Counted from the stretch's first letter, positions 1-8,168 are shown. The stretch: DNA of 17,717 nt from Rikenellaceae bacterium (GCA_044433645.1 JAWXTK010000027.1:1-17717); one strand, 5' to 3'. Notes: generated by a model from the sequence alone, not told the origin. Numbers and translations: made by a program.

Positions 1-273
1 TCAAAAAACAAAGCTATAAGAGTTGATGTGCTTTACACTAATAACGGTGGAGCTAACGATGAGGAATGGTTTAGAATCAAGGATGTAAAATTCGCTAATG
101 GTCGTGCTGAGTGTACTTTGCCTGAGGATGCTACTCATTATTTGTGGGGATTGGTTGATGATGCTAACTTCTATTATAGCTATCCAGATATGGGCGCAGC
201 TAAAGACTTTAGTGTTAAAAAAGGCACTAAGTTCTCAAGCAAAGCCTTAAAAGTTAAAGAAAATGAATTTTAG
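1..273 (+). CDS. Hypothetical protein, 5'-truncated (C-terminal ~90 aa only)
   Basis: Frame 1 is open from nt 1 with no stop before 271..273, so the ORF most likely continues upstream of the window. The listed M at 28 is probably internal. No recognisable motif. Stop overlaps the start region of the sulfatase gene (263). Confidence 0.45.
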   Translation, partial: SKNKAIRVDVLYTNNGGANDEEWFRIKDVKFANGRAECTLPEDATHYLWGLVDDANFYYSYPDMGAAKDFSVKKGTKFSSKALKVKENEF

Positions 274-1708
274 AGTTAAAGAAAACTATCCGTGTTTAAT
301 CACGCTTTTGCCGTGCGTGACTTTTATTAGTTGCTCGCAGTTGGAGAATAGTGTCACTAGTGCAGGTAGTTTGAAAAACTCTAAGGCTAATATTATTTTT
401 ATTTTTGCTGATGATTGGGGTTATGGAGATCTCTCGGCTCATGGTCATAGTGAGCTGAGAACTCCTAATTTAGATAAGATGATAAGCGAGGGCATGGATT
501 TTAAACAATTTAATGTTTGTAGTCCAGTGAGCTCTTCGTCGAGGGTGGGGGTTATTACGGGTAATTTTCCCTCTAGGCATGGTATTCATCAACAATTATC
601 AACTTTAGAAACAAATAAATCTAGGTGTATGCCGCATTGGCTATCAAATGATGCTGATATGGTATTGCTACCCAGGCTTTTACAGAGCGCAGGTTACAAA
701 ACGGCACACTACGGTAAGTGGCATTTGACTAGCAACCATGCTGTGGATATTGCTCCTATTCCTAAAGACTATGGTTATGATGATGCCATAGTGTATAACG
801 GAGGTGGTGCGCAGGTAGAGGATGGACCTGTGGGTTACGAATCATCTGTTTGGACAGAGTATTGTGTGGACTATACCATAGATTTTATAGAGAAAAATAA
901 GGCTAATCCTTTCTTTGTGAATCTGTGGATACACGAATCTCATCAAGACATACAGCCAACACCTCTAATGCGCGAACAATACCCTAATACAGCTGAGCCT
1001 TATCAATCATATTATTCTGTGATTACTTCGGCTGATAGTCATATAGGGCGTTTAATGGATTACTTAAAAGAGGCTGGTTTAGATGAAAATACCTTGGTGA
1101 TTTTCTCCTCAGACAATGGACCAGAGACCCCTGATGATGGTGATAACTGGACCTCGCGAGGACAAACAGCAGGTCTAAGAGGACAGAAACGTAGCTTGTA
1201 TGAGGGAGGCGTGAAAGTGCCTTTTATAGTCTATATGCCAGGGACAGTACCCAAGGGTAAGGTTAATGATGTTACTCAGTTTGCTGCAGTGGATTTACTG
1301 CCTACCTTTGCTAGTATTGCAGGTGTAGATTTACCTGATGATTATGAGTGCGACGGCGAGGATGTATTAGATTTGTTTGAAAATAAATCTTTTGAGAAAA
1401 CCAAACCTGTGTTGCAATATTGGCAGGGATTATCTGATACAGATACTTGGCCTAGACTCTCGGCTAAGGATAATACATATAAATTGGTTAGTGATGAATA
1501 TGAGGAAATGTTTATGGGAGGAACAACCAAACTTTATAATCACTTAAATGATTGGGGTGAGGATGTGAATTTGCTAGAGGATACAACTAACCCTAGTTAT
1601 GATAAATATTTAAGCAAGGCACAGGAATTATATGGTTTAGTTCAAACTTATTACAATGAGATAGACTTTGAATATTGGGGAACAACTTGGCACGAAGAAA
1701 ATCCTTAG
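263..1708 (+). CDS. Sulfatase (S1 family, arylsulfatase-like) lipoprotein; FGly-site motif is S-S-S-S-R instead of C/S-x-P-x-R
   Basis: N-terminal lipoprotein signal (..LLPCVTFISC). Metal-binding IIFIFADDWGYGD. Block TPNLDKM..F.NVCSPVSSSSRVGVITGNFPSRHG aligns gap-free to the canonical sulfatase signature (SPV-CSPSR-AALLTGRYPHRTG). GKWHL, SDNGPE and YEGGVKVPF motifs are all present. Confidence 0.85.
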   Translation: MNFRVKENYPCLITLLPCVTFISCSQLENSVTSAGSLKNSKANIIFIFADDWGYGDLSAHGHSELRTPNLDKMISEGMDFKQFNVCSPVSSSSRVGVITGNFPSRHGIHQQLSTLETNKSRCMPHWLSNDADMVLLPRLLQSAGYKTAHYGKWHLTSNHAVDIAPIPKDYGYDDAIVYNGGGAQVEDGPVGYESSVWTEYCVDYTIDFIEKNKANPFFVNLWIHESHQDIQPTPLMREQYPNTAEPYQSYYSVITSADSHIGRLMDYLKEAGLDENTLVIFSSDNGPETPDDGDNWTSRGQTAGLRGQKRSLYEGGVKVPFIVYMPGTVPKGKVNDVTQFAAVDLLPTFASIAGVDLPDDYECDGEDVLDLFENKSFEKTKPVLQYWQGLSDTDTWPRLSAKDNTYKLVSDEYEEMFMGGTTKLYNHLNDWGEDVNLLEDTTNPSYDKYLSKAQELYGLVQTYYNEIDFEYWGTTWHEENP

Positions 1709-2776
1709 ATGATGAGAAAAATAGTTTACATATTAGTTAATTGTTTGCTTTGTTTAGCTTGCCAAAAAGAGTTAAGTGTAAGTGATGATGTTTTTATCTC
1801 TATTGATAATGTTGCTAGTTTGAGTGATTTTTCTCAGTATTCTTATCCTGAGATGGAAAATACGTGGATAATTACAGACCAAGAGGCAAGTTTAGAGTCT
1901 TTACAGGGGCTTTGCTCTGCGCTAAAGGCTGCTCAAGATAGAGAGATAAGTTTAGAGTTTGTAAATTTGGTGGAGTTTCCTAGTTCTATAAGTTTTGAAA
2001 TTGCTCCCTTTAGAGACATTGTTTCTTTGGTTAGTGTGTCTTTGCCTAAAGCAACAAGCATAGGTAGCTGGGTGTTTTTTGAGAGTAATTCTCTACGAGA
2101 AATATATGCACCTAAGCTTAATTATGTAGGGGAGTATGCTTTTTACAATAACCAGAATCTTGAGAACATAGTTTGTTCTTCTGTGCTTAGTGTGGGAGAT
2201 TATGCTTTTTATTTGTGCTCAAACTTAGCGAGTGTATACCCACTAGAACAAGAGATTACTAGCTCTAGTGAGACAATAGGCTGTTATGCGTTTTATGAAT
2301 GTGATTCGTTGAGACAGTTTCCTATGTGGTCGGTGAGTGAAGTGGGCGAGGCTTCGTTTTATGGGTGTAATGTGTTGAGTGATTTAAACTTTTTGTCGCT
2401 CAGCAAAATGGGAGAAAAGGCTTTTTATAATTGTTATGCTTTATCAGAAATTATTTTGCCTATGTTGTCTGTATTGCCCAATAGTGCTTTTAGAGGATGC
2501 TCATCTTTAATTAGTGTTGTGGCAGGGATGTGTGGTGAACTTCACTATGATGCTTTGACAAAGTGTAAAAATCTTACTACTTTGGAGCTATCAACATCGC
2601 TTAATGCTTTGCTTAGTTATGTAGACGAGGGATGTTTTACGGGATCTAATACCCAAACTAAACCTTCGTCTATAAGTCTTAGCTTAGGTGCTTATAGTAA
2701 AGATTTTACGGTTGTAGACAAACAACTAGATTGTGGTGATTATAGTATTGTTTTTAAGGAGATTCTACTAAAATAA
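1709..2776 (+). CDS. Lipoprotein with BspA-type leucine-rich repeats (LRR_5-like)
   Basis: Signal + lipobox (LLCLACQKE). At least six ~23-aa repeats of the form G(E/D)YAFYxCxxLxxI (GEYAFYNNQNLENI, GDYAFYLCSNLASV, GCYAFYECDSLRQF, GEASFYGCNVLSDL, GEKAFYNCYALSEI, PNSAFRGCSSLISV). ATG directly abuts the sulfatase TAG. Confidence 0.7.
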   Translation: MMRKIVYILVNCLLCLACQKELSVSDDVFISIDNVASLSDFSQYSYPEMENTWIITDQEASLESLQGLCSALKAAQDREISLEFVNLVEFPSSISFEIAPFRDIVSLVSVSLPKATSIGSWVFFESNSLREIYAPKLNYVGEYAFYNNQNLENIVCSSVLSVGDYAFYLCSNLASVYPLEQEITSSSETIGCYAFYECDSLRQFPMWSVSEVGEASFYGCNVLSDLNFLSLSKMGEKAFYNCYALSEIILPMLSVLPNSAFRGCSSLISVVAGMCGELHYDALTKCKNLTTLELSTSLNALLSYVDEGCFTGSNTQTKPSSISLSLGAYSKDFTVVDKQLDCGDYSIVFKEILLK

Positions 2777-2782
2777 ATATAA

Positions 2783-5095
2783 ATGAGAAAAGGAATAATA
2801 TATATATTTGCTTTACTTTTGGGCGTTTTACTCTCGTGTACAACAGAGGAAGTAGTGTATAGACAGCTTAATATTTACCCTGAACTTGCTAGTTTTGGTG
2901 GTATAGTGCGTGAGAGGATGTATTACAGTGGTGATGATTCATGTCCCTACGTAGCAGTGCCTTACTTAAACGACTCAGAGCAAATAATCGAAGTAGAAAT
3001 CAATAATAGTTATCCCTCCTCATCCTCTATTATGGTATCAAACAGTGCGCAAACCCTAGAAAAGGGTGAGGGTGAGTTGAAAGTTCCAATTTATGGTAGC
3101 CTAGATGATGCCAATGCTAGTTTTAGCCTTGATTTTGATATTATTGCCTATGGTAGTTATTCTTGGAATGTTTGCTTAGATGATATTGAGGTTTATGCTA
3201 AGGATTATCTTTTGCCCGATATTGAGCTTGAGATTATCTCTCAGCCTAGTATAGTTAGAGGAGTGAGTCTTAAACAAGCGCAAATAGAGCTAAGCTATAA
3301 TAATGGATTTGCTAGAGAAGGTGATTTTAGTTTTGAGATTCAAGATGCCGTGGGTTTGAGCATAGCTTCGCTCTCTGAGGTAGAACTAGTAAATAATGCT
3401 CAAAAGACAACTCTAAGTTTTGATATTGAGGGCGAATATAACGGTGATTTATCACTACTTAACTTTACGGTGAAATTTACTACCACCCAAACTCAAGTGT
3501 TTAGTGTGGTGGGCGAGTTAGAGGTTAAAGATGCGAGTGAGTTAGTGTTTGAAACTCTTACTAGTTCTGTGGATTTAGAGCAAGCGCGAAGCCTTGATAA
3601 CGAGTATCTTATCTTGTCGTATAAGGGTGGAGACAATAGATTAATTACTCTGGGCGCAGAGTTTGAATCGGGCTTTGGACTTAGTGCAATAAGCTCTAAG
3701 GAATATGCTCTTGAGAGCGATGAGGGTAAGATTTATTTGTATTTTAACTCAGAATCTCCTTTGCTTTCTGGGCAGATGAAAGTTGATATTCAGTATTCGG
3801 GTGAGGCTGTGGAGTCTAATCAGAGTGAAACTTTTGAAATAGAAGTGGCAGAGAAAACGCCAGATATTTTGATAAGCGAGATAAGATTATTAGGCTCTAT
3901 AATTGAAGGTGGTGTGCAGGATGATGACTTTATTTTAGAGGTAGATTACTCTAATGGTACACAGGGCAAAGAACTATTTGTTGAGGCTCTTTCGCAGTGC
4001 TTTGATTATGATAGCGAAGCCTTGGCTGAGGTGTCTAGTTTTCTTATTAAGGAGCAGAGCGCTACGGCTAGGTTTAATTTAGGCTCTGATGTGATTTTAA
4101 ATAGCAAAAATATCAGCTCGTCAACAGGCCTAAGTGAGCAAAATATTGTTTTAGTTAATTTAAATTATAATAAATCCTCGTTAGATGAGCAGCAAAGCGA
4201 GCAAATAAATTTCTCGGGTCTGATTTTTAATAAACTTCCTTATTACACTATCACGCTAGCTAACGGCCAGCTGTGGTTAGATAGAAATTTGGGGGCAAGT
4301 AGCATAGAGCCTAGTGATGAATACGCCTCAAGCGTTGGTTGTGAGTATAATTGGAAGGCTTATGGAGATTTTTATCAGCGAGGTCGCTCAACGGGACTTA
4401 AACTAAAAGTTGATAGTAATAATCCTTATGCAGCTAACTCGCTCCAGAGCTATACAAAACCTTATTTAGACCCTACAAGTGGCGATTGGGAAGATGGTTA
4501 TTGGACTAATCCTTCAACTGATGATTTGGCTGTGCCTACATATTCATCGGGCTATGAAACCACGCTAGATAATATGTGGAATAGCGAGAATGGAGGTGAG
4601 AATAATCCCTGCCCCGAAGGTTATAGATTACCCACTCTCTCTCAGGTGCAGAGTATGTTTATTACCGTGAGTGGTGTGGATTATTCACAATCCACGGTTA
4701 GCTCGTTAAATAAATTAATTACTAAGATGAACTTTGCTTATTCTGGCTATATTCATCATATAGGACTTGTTAATTCAACGCTGTATTACAGCTCGAATGC
4801 AGACGCATTTTATAATTCTCATAATTACAGAGGCTCGCAAGGTGGTGTAGGTATGATAGTTAACGGTAATAATGATGTTATTTTGCCTTATTGGAAAGGC
4901 GAGGGTGGTTTCACTCTGGGTGATTTAAGTAACCCTGAGAGCGTGGGTGAAATTGCAATTTTAACTTGTGATTACTTAACTACCACAGCTAGCACTTATG
5001 TGCAAACAGTAGTTGGTAAAGCAAGTGGCGAGATTGCAAACCAAACTATGAGATATGAGAGAGCAATGCCTGTTAGATGTTTATTAAATAAATAA
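2783..5095 (+). CDS. Large surface lipoprotein with C-terminal Fibrobacter succinogenes major paralogous (FISUMP, TIGR02145-like) domain
   Basis: Signal + lipobox (LLSCTTEEVV; acidic residues after the Cys resemble the Bacteroidota surface lipoprotein export signal). C-terminal ~280 aa carries the FISUMP hallmarks: ITLANGQLWLDRNLGAS...YGDFYQRGR...NPCPEGYRLPTLSQV. N-terminal 480 aa look like beta-rich repeated domains of unknown family. Confidence 0.7.
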   Translation: MRKGIIYIFALLLGVLLSCTTEEVVYRQLNIYPELASFGGIVRERMYYSGDDSCPYVAVPYLNDSEQIIEVEINNSYPSSSSIMVSNSAQTLEKGEGELKVPIYGSLDDANASFSLDFDIIAYGSYSWNVCLDDIEVYAKDYLLPDIELEIISQPSIVRGVSLKQAQIELSYNNGFAREGDFSFEIQDAVGLSIASLSEVELVNNAQKTTLSFDIEGEYNGDLSLLNFTVKFTTTQTQVFSVVGELEVKDASELVFETLTSSVDLEQARSLDNEYLILSYKGGDNRLITLGAEFESGFGLSAISSKEYALESDEGKIYLYFNSESPLLSGQMKVDIQYSGEAVESNQSETFEIEVAEKTPDILISEIRLLGSIIEGGVQDDDFILEVDYSNGTQGKELFVEALSQCFDYDSEALAEVSSFLIKEQSATARFNLGSDVILNSKNISSSTGLSEQNIVLVNLNYNKSSLDEQQSEQINFSGLIFNKLPYYTITLANGQLWLDRNLGASSIEPSDEYASSVGCEYNWKAYGDFYQRGRSTGLKLKVDSNNPYAANSLQSYTKPYLDPTSGDWEDGYWTNPSTDDLAVPTYSSGYETTLDNMWNSENGGENNPCPEGYRLPTLSQVQSMFITVSGVDYSQSTVSSLNKLITKMNFAYSGYIHHIGLVNSTLYYSSNADAFYNSHNYRGSQGGVGMIVNGNNDVILPYWKGEGGFTLGDLSNPESVGEIAILTCDYLTTTASTYVQTVVGKASGEIANQTMRYERAMPVRCLLNK

Positions 5096-5101
5096 TGAGC
5101 T

Positions 5102-6388
5102 ATGAGATATTTGTTAATTATATTTTCTTTGTTGCTGCTCTCGTGTGAGAGCGAAGAAATAGTTGAGTTTGTAACCAACGGCGAAAAGTATGAGGACACT
5201 GAGCTAGATTTGAGCTATGCCCCTGAGTGTTACCCAGTCTTTTCGTGGGATAAAGTGCCTTTGAATGGTCACTTTAGCAAGGATACTGATAACTTTACAG
5301 ACGAGGAGGCTGAGTTTATCGCCAACACTTACAGCTTTGTGACTTTAGAAAAAAATCAAGGTAACCCAGATGTGGGGGCTGATATTGAGACTCCTAAGGA
5401 TGCTGCCTTGATTAAACAATATAATTCTGATTGTAAGGTGCTATTGTATTGGAACACTCGTAATGATTATGGTGATATGTGGTCTACGGGTTCAAATTTA
5501 ATTTATAACCCTACGACCAAGGATACAGCCTCGGCTAAGAATTTTGAGTGGATACTCTATGACGGAGTTACCTATTATAATGATGGAACGGATTATCGCC
5601 ATAGGTTTGATCCTAGAAACGAAGAAATGAGCCTGTGGTGGACTTCTGTTGCTGTGGATATGATAGCTGAGCATAGCTCGCTTGACGGAATTTTTGCAGA
5701 CGGTGTTATGAGCTATGTTGAAAGTAGCTCTACTGTTATGACGCGCCTAGATACTTATTATGGCGCAGGGCAGGGTGATGCTTACCGTTATGAAGGGCTA
5801 GATATGTTAGGTAATGTTACCTCTAGTTATAATAATCAAAATCTTGTAATTGCTAATTGTATTCGTGCTCAGCGTAGTGCCTTGCCTGATAGCGAGGGTA
5901 GAGACGGATTCTTAGGTCTTGATTATTGTCACGGAGGTATGTTAGAGCATTTTGCTTGCCCAGGTACAGCCTCTTATACTAAAGATTATATACTCCAAGA
6001 TATAGAGTATATAGAAACAGCCTCATCCATAGGCAAAATCACTGTGGTGAAGGGCTGGCCTAGATATAAATGGACAGATGATATATTAGACACAATGAGC
6101 GATGCTGAAAAAGAGGCTATGCTTAGAGAAGATATAGTTTTCCCATTGGCTTGCTACTTACTAGGGGCAGGTGAGTACAGTTACTTTGCTTACTCGTGGG
6201 GCTATCGTATGGAGCACGGTTGGATGTATGACTATGAAGAATTTAATAAACCCCTGGGTGCTCCTCAGGGTGCTAAGGTAAAGGTTAAACCTGGCGATAG
6301 TAGTAGTTATGAGTACACTCGCGAGTTTGAACATGCTCACGTTTGGGTTGATATTGAGAGCTTCACAGCCGAAATAACTTGGTTGTAA
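5102..6388 (+). CDS. Putative TIM-barrel glycoside-hydrolase-like lipoprotein (GH114/GHL-type), paralog A
   Basis: Signal + lipobox with strong acidic export-signal-like tail (LLSCESEEIVEF). Shares blocks with the next ORF: FSWDKV, LEKNQG, DG(I/V)F(A/I)D, EDIVFPLAC(Y/F)L(L/V)GAGE..YF.YSWGY, NKPLG, YTREFE.A.VWVD.ES. The DG-hydrophobic-F-x-D block is typical of the GH114/GHL clan. Exact family not determinable by eye. Confidence 0.55.
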   Translation: MRYLLIIFSLLLLSCESEEIVEFVTNGEKYEDTELDLSYAPECYPVFSWDKVPLNGHFSKDTDNFTDEEAEFIANTYSFVTLEKNQGNPDVGADIETPKDAALIKQYNSDCKVLLYWNTRNDYGDMWSTGSNLIYNPTTKDTASAKNFEWILYDGVTYYNDGTDYRHRFDPRNEEMSLWWTSVAVDMIAEHSSLDGIFADGVMSYVESSSTVMTRLDTYYGAGQGDAYRYEGLDMLGNVTSSYNNQNLVIANCIRAQRSALPDSEGRDGFLGLDYCHGGMLEHFACPGTASYTKDYILQDIEYIETASSIGKITVVKGWPRYKWTDDILDTMSDAEKEAMLREDIVFPLACYLLGAGEYSYFAYSWGYRMEHGWMYDYEEFNKPLGAPQGAKVKVKPGDSSSYEYTREFEHAHVWVDIESFTAEITWL

Positions 6389-6411
6389 ATACAAAACTTT
6401 AAAATGTTTTT

Positions 6412-7578
6412 ATGAGATTAAATTTAATTGCTTTTTTCACACTCATTTTATGTAGTGTAAATCTTTTTGCTCAAAAGCCAACAGAGGCCTATCCCGATTT
6501 TTCGTGGGATAAAGTGTCGGTTTGCATACACCTGGGCAAGAGTACAGATGATTTTACGGCTAAGGAAACGAAATTTCTTTCGAGATTTCCCATAGTGTGC
6601 TTAGAAAAAAATCAAGGCCTTAATAAACACGGAGCCATGGAACTTGGCACTATTGCAGCTGGTAAAGCTATTAAAGAGTATAACCCAGATACAAAAATCT
6701 TATTTTACTTTAATAGCTGTATAGATTTTGGCGAAATGTATATGACAGGTTATATGCTCAGCGATGATGCTAACCCAGATTGGGCTGTTAAAAGCCTTAA
6801 TGGCGAGTATGTGTTAATTAGAAACAGAACCAACAGACGTATGTATGATTATTCAAACGATAATATGCGCGAATGGTGGGTTTCGACAGCGAGAAAATGG
6901 ACTAGAAATAAATATATAGACGGTGTGTTTATAGATGCAATTCCAAAGTATGCAGCATCAACACCAACGCGTAAAAAACAATGGGGCGAGGAGAAATTTA
7001 ATGCTATTTACGCAGGTCTTCACTCAGCTTTAAGTGAGCTAAAAACCGAGCTTAATGGCGAAAAACTTATGATAGGTAATTTTTTAAGAGGAAACGAGAA
7101 AATTATGCCTGATATGGGAACTCACTTCCATGACTACACCGACGGAGGTATGATAGAACATTTGGGTATTTTAACCTGTTCGCCAAAAGAGCATATCGCA
7201 AAGGATATAGAGCTAATTCAGGATGCAGCCAAAAGAAAGAAAATTGTAGTTGTAAAAGCATGGCCTACTTTTAACTTTATGGAGATGGGAGATATGAAAA
7301 ACAAATCTCAGAAGGTAAAAGAGACAAAAGCAAGGGAGGATATAGTCTTTCCGTTGGCGTGTTTTTTAGTTGGAGCAGGTGAGTGGGCTTATTTCTGCTA
7401 TTCGTGGGGCTACGAACACACCCAAGGGGGTTTGGTTGATTACGCTGAGTATAATAAACCTTTGGGTAAACCCTTAGGCGATGCCGTTAAAACAGACTGG
7501 GTTTACACGCGCGAATTTGAGAGAGCAAGCGTATGGGTAGACTTAGAAAGTAGACAAGCAAAAATTAATTGGAGATAA
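6412..7578 (+). CDS. Putative TIM-barrel glycoside-hydrolase-like protein, paralog B (SPI-type signal, not a lipoprotein)
   Basis: About 35-40% identical to 5102..6388 over conserved blocks (AYPDFSWDKV, CLEKNQG, IDGVFIDA, EDIVFPLACFLVGAGEWAYFCYSWGY, YNKPLGKPLG, YTREFERASVWVDLES). N-terminus MRLNLIAFFTLILCSVNLFAQK looks like a type I signal peptide. Confidence 0.55.
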   Translation: MRLNLIAFFTLILCSVNLFAQKPTEAYPDFSWDKVSVCIHLGKSTDDFTAKETKFLSRFPIVCLEKNQGLNKHGAMELGTIAAGKAIKEYNPDTKILFYFNSCIDFGEMYMTGYMLSDDANPDWAVKSLNGEYVLIRNRTNRRMYDYSNDNMREWWVSTARKWTRNKYIDGVFIDAIPKYAASTPTRKKQWGEEKFNAIYAGLHSALSELKTELNGEKLMIGNFLRGNEKIMPDMGTHFHDYTDGGMIEHLGILTCSPKEHIAKDIELIQDAAKRKKIVVVKAWPTFNFMEMGDMKNKSQKVKETKAREDIVFPLACFLVGAGEWAYFCYSWGYEHTQGGLVDYAEYNKPLGKPLGDAVKTDWVYTREFERASVWVDLESRQAKINWR

Positions 7579-7608
7579 TTTTTTTTATTAGTGTATGTAT
7601 TAAGGAGC

Positions 7609-7645
7609 AAAGGCGAGGAAATTAAATTTTCCTCGCCTTTGTGAT
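7609..7645 (+). terminator. Rho-independent terminator closing the 263..7578 gene block
   Basis: Perfect 10-bp stem (ggcgaggaaa / tttcctcgcc) at 7612..7637 with a short AT loop, followed by tttgtgattt. Confidence 0.55.
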
Positions 7646-7672
7646 TTATCTAAGAAATAAATATTATATTTG
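7638..7672 (+). promoter_or_regulatory. Candidate Bacteroidetes sigma-A-type promoter (-33 TTTG / -7 TAtaTTTG) for the 7734 gene
   Basis: TTTG at 7638..7641 and TATATTTG at 7665..7672, about 60 nt upstream of the ATG at 7734. Spacing (23 nt) is slightly longer than the usual 19-21, so confidence is low. Confidence 0.3.
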
Positions 7673-7733
7673 TAACTTACTAGTAAATAAACCCTTTGAC
7701 CTCCTATTGGTAGACAATACTTGTATTTGATTT

Positions 7734-8168
7734 ATGAAAAAATATATAGTTTATTTAATATTATCGGCACTGATTTTTGCTGGGTGTCAAGAAGATTTAG
7801 AGTTTGAGGCAATAGTTGTGCCTGAGGCCTTGCTTTTAGTGTCACTTCCTGGGGGAGATAACTCATCACGTGTGAGCTTTGCTGATAGTAATGGTGAAAT
7901 ATCGCTTACGTGGAAAGGTGGCGATACTTTTGGGGTGTATGATAGCGCTGGTGAAAGAGTTTCAGATTATAAATATACGGCAAATAGTTCGGGTGGTGCA
8001 GCTTTGTTTGAAGCTAGTGATAACACTAATTTGTTGGTTAATGGTAGCAGTTACACAGCCGTTTACCCTGCCGTAGATAATGCTACAAACCTTGATGAGC
8101 ACAGAGAAATATTAGTAGGCAGAGTCTTAGAGCAAACACAAGGGGCTATAATTCTATGGACCATTTAA
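7734..8168 (+). CDS. N-terminal fragment (signal peptide + lipobox + first domain) of a surface lipoprotein; 5' part of a frameshifted gene
   Basis: MKKYIVYLILSALIFAGCQEDLEFE is a classic lipoprotein signal with an acidic surface-export-like tail. The ORF ends at TAA 8166..8168 only 13 nt after the next ORF's ATG, and the frame-2 ORF is open from 8099. Confidence 0.5.
   Translation: MKKYIVYLILSALIFAGCQEDLEFEAIVVPEALLLVSLPGGDNSSRVSFADSNGEISLTWKGGDTFGVYDSAGERVSDYKYTANSSGGAALFEASDNTNLLVNGSSYTAVYPAVDNATNLDEHREILVGRVLEQTQGAIILWTI

Noticed and set aside
251-286. 12-bp direct repeat agttaaagaaaa (251..262 and 275..286) spanning the stop/start junction of the first two genes.
   Set aside because: It is short and AT-rich and encodes KVKEN in both proteins' termini. 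It is probably coincidental or a trivial local duplication, not a mobile-element or CRISPR signature.
512-545. Reading C-S-P as the FGly motif with a 3-residue insertion (C-S-P-V-S-S-S-S-R).
   Set aside because: A gap-free alignment to the sulfatase signature places C-S-P-V on the conserved upstream S-P-V block and S-S-S-S-R on C-S-P-S-R. That is more parsimonious than an insertion inside the most constrained motif.
1342-1530. Minus-strand 62-aa ORF inside the sulfatase gene. The same applies to 4996..5199, 6161..6394, 13069..13290, 15198..15524, 16029..16250 and 11591..11785, all on the minus strand.
   Set aside because: Each is fully embedded antisense to a long, well-supported + strand CDS (or to rpmA), has low-complexity or compositionally odd translations, and has no start context. 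They are most likely chance ORFs in AT-rich DNA.
7879-8076. 65-aa + strand ORF overlapping the 7734..8168 lipoprotein ORF in another frame.
   Set aside because: It lies entirely inside a CDS that has a clear signal peptide and homologous continuation. It has no independent signals.
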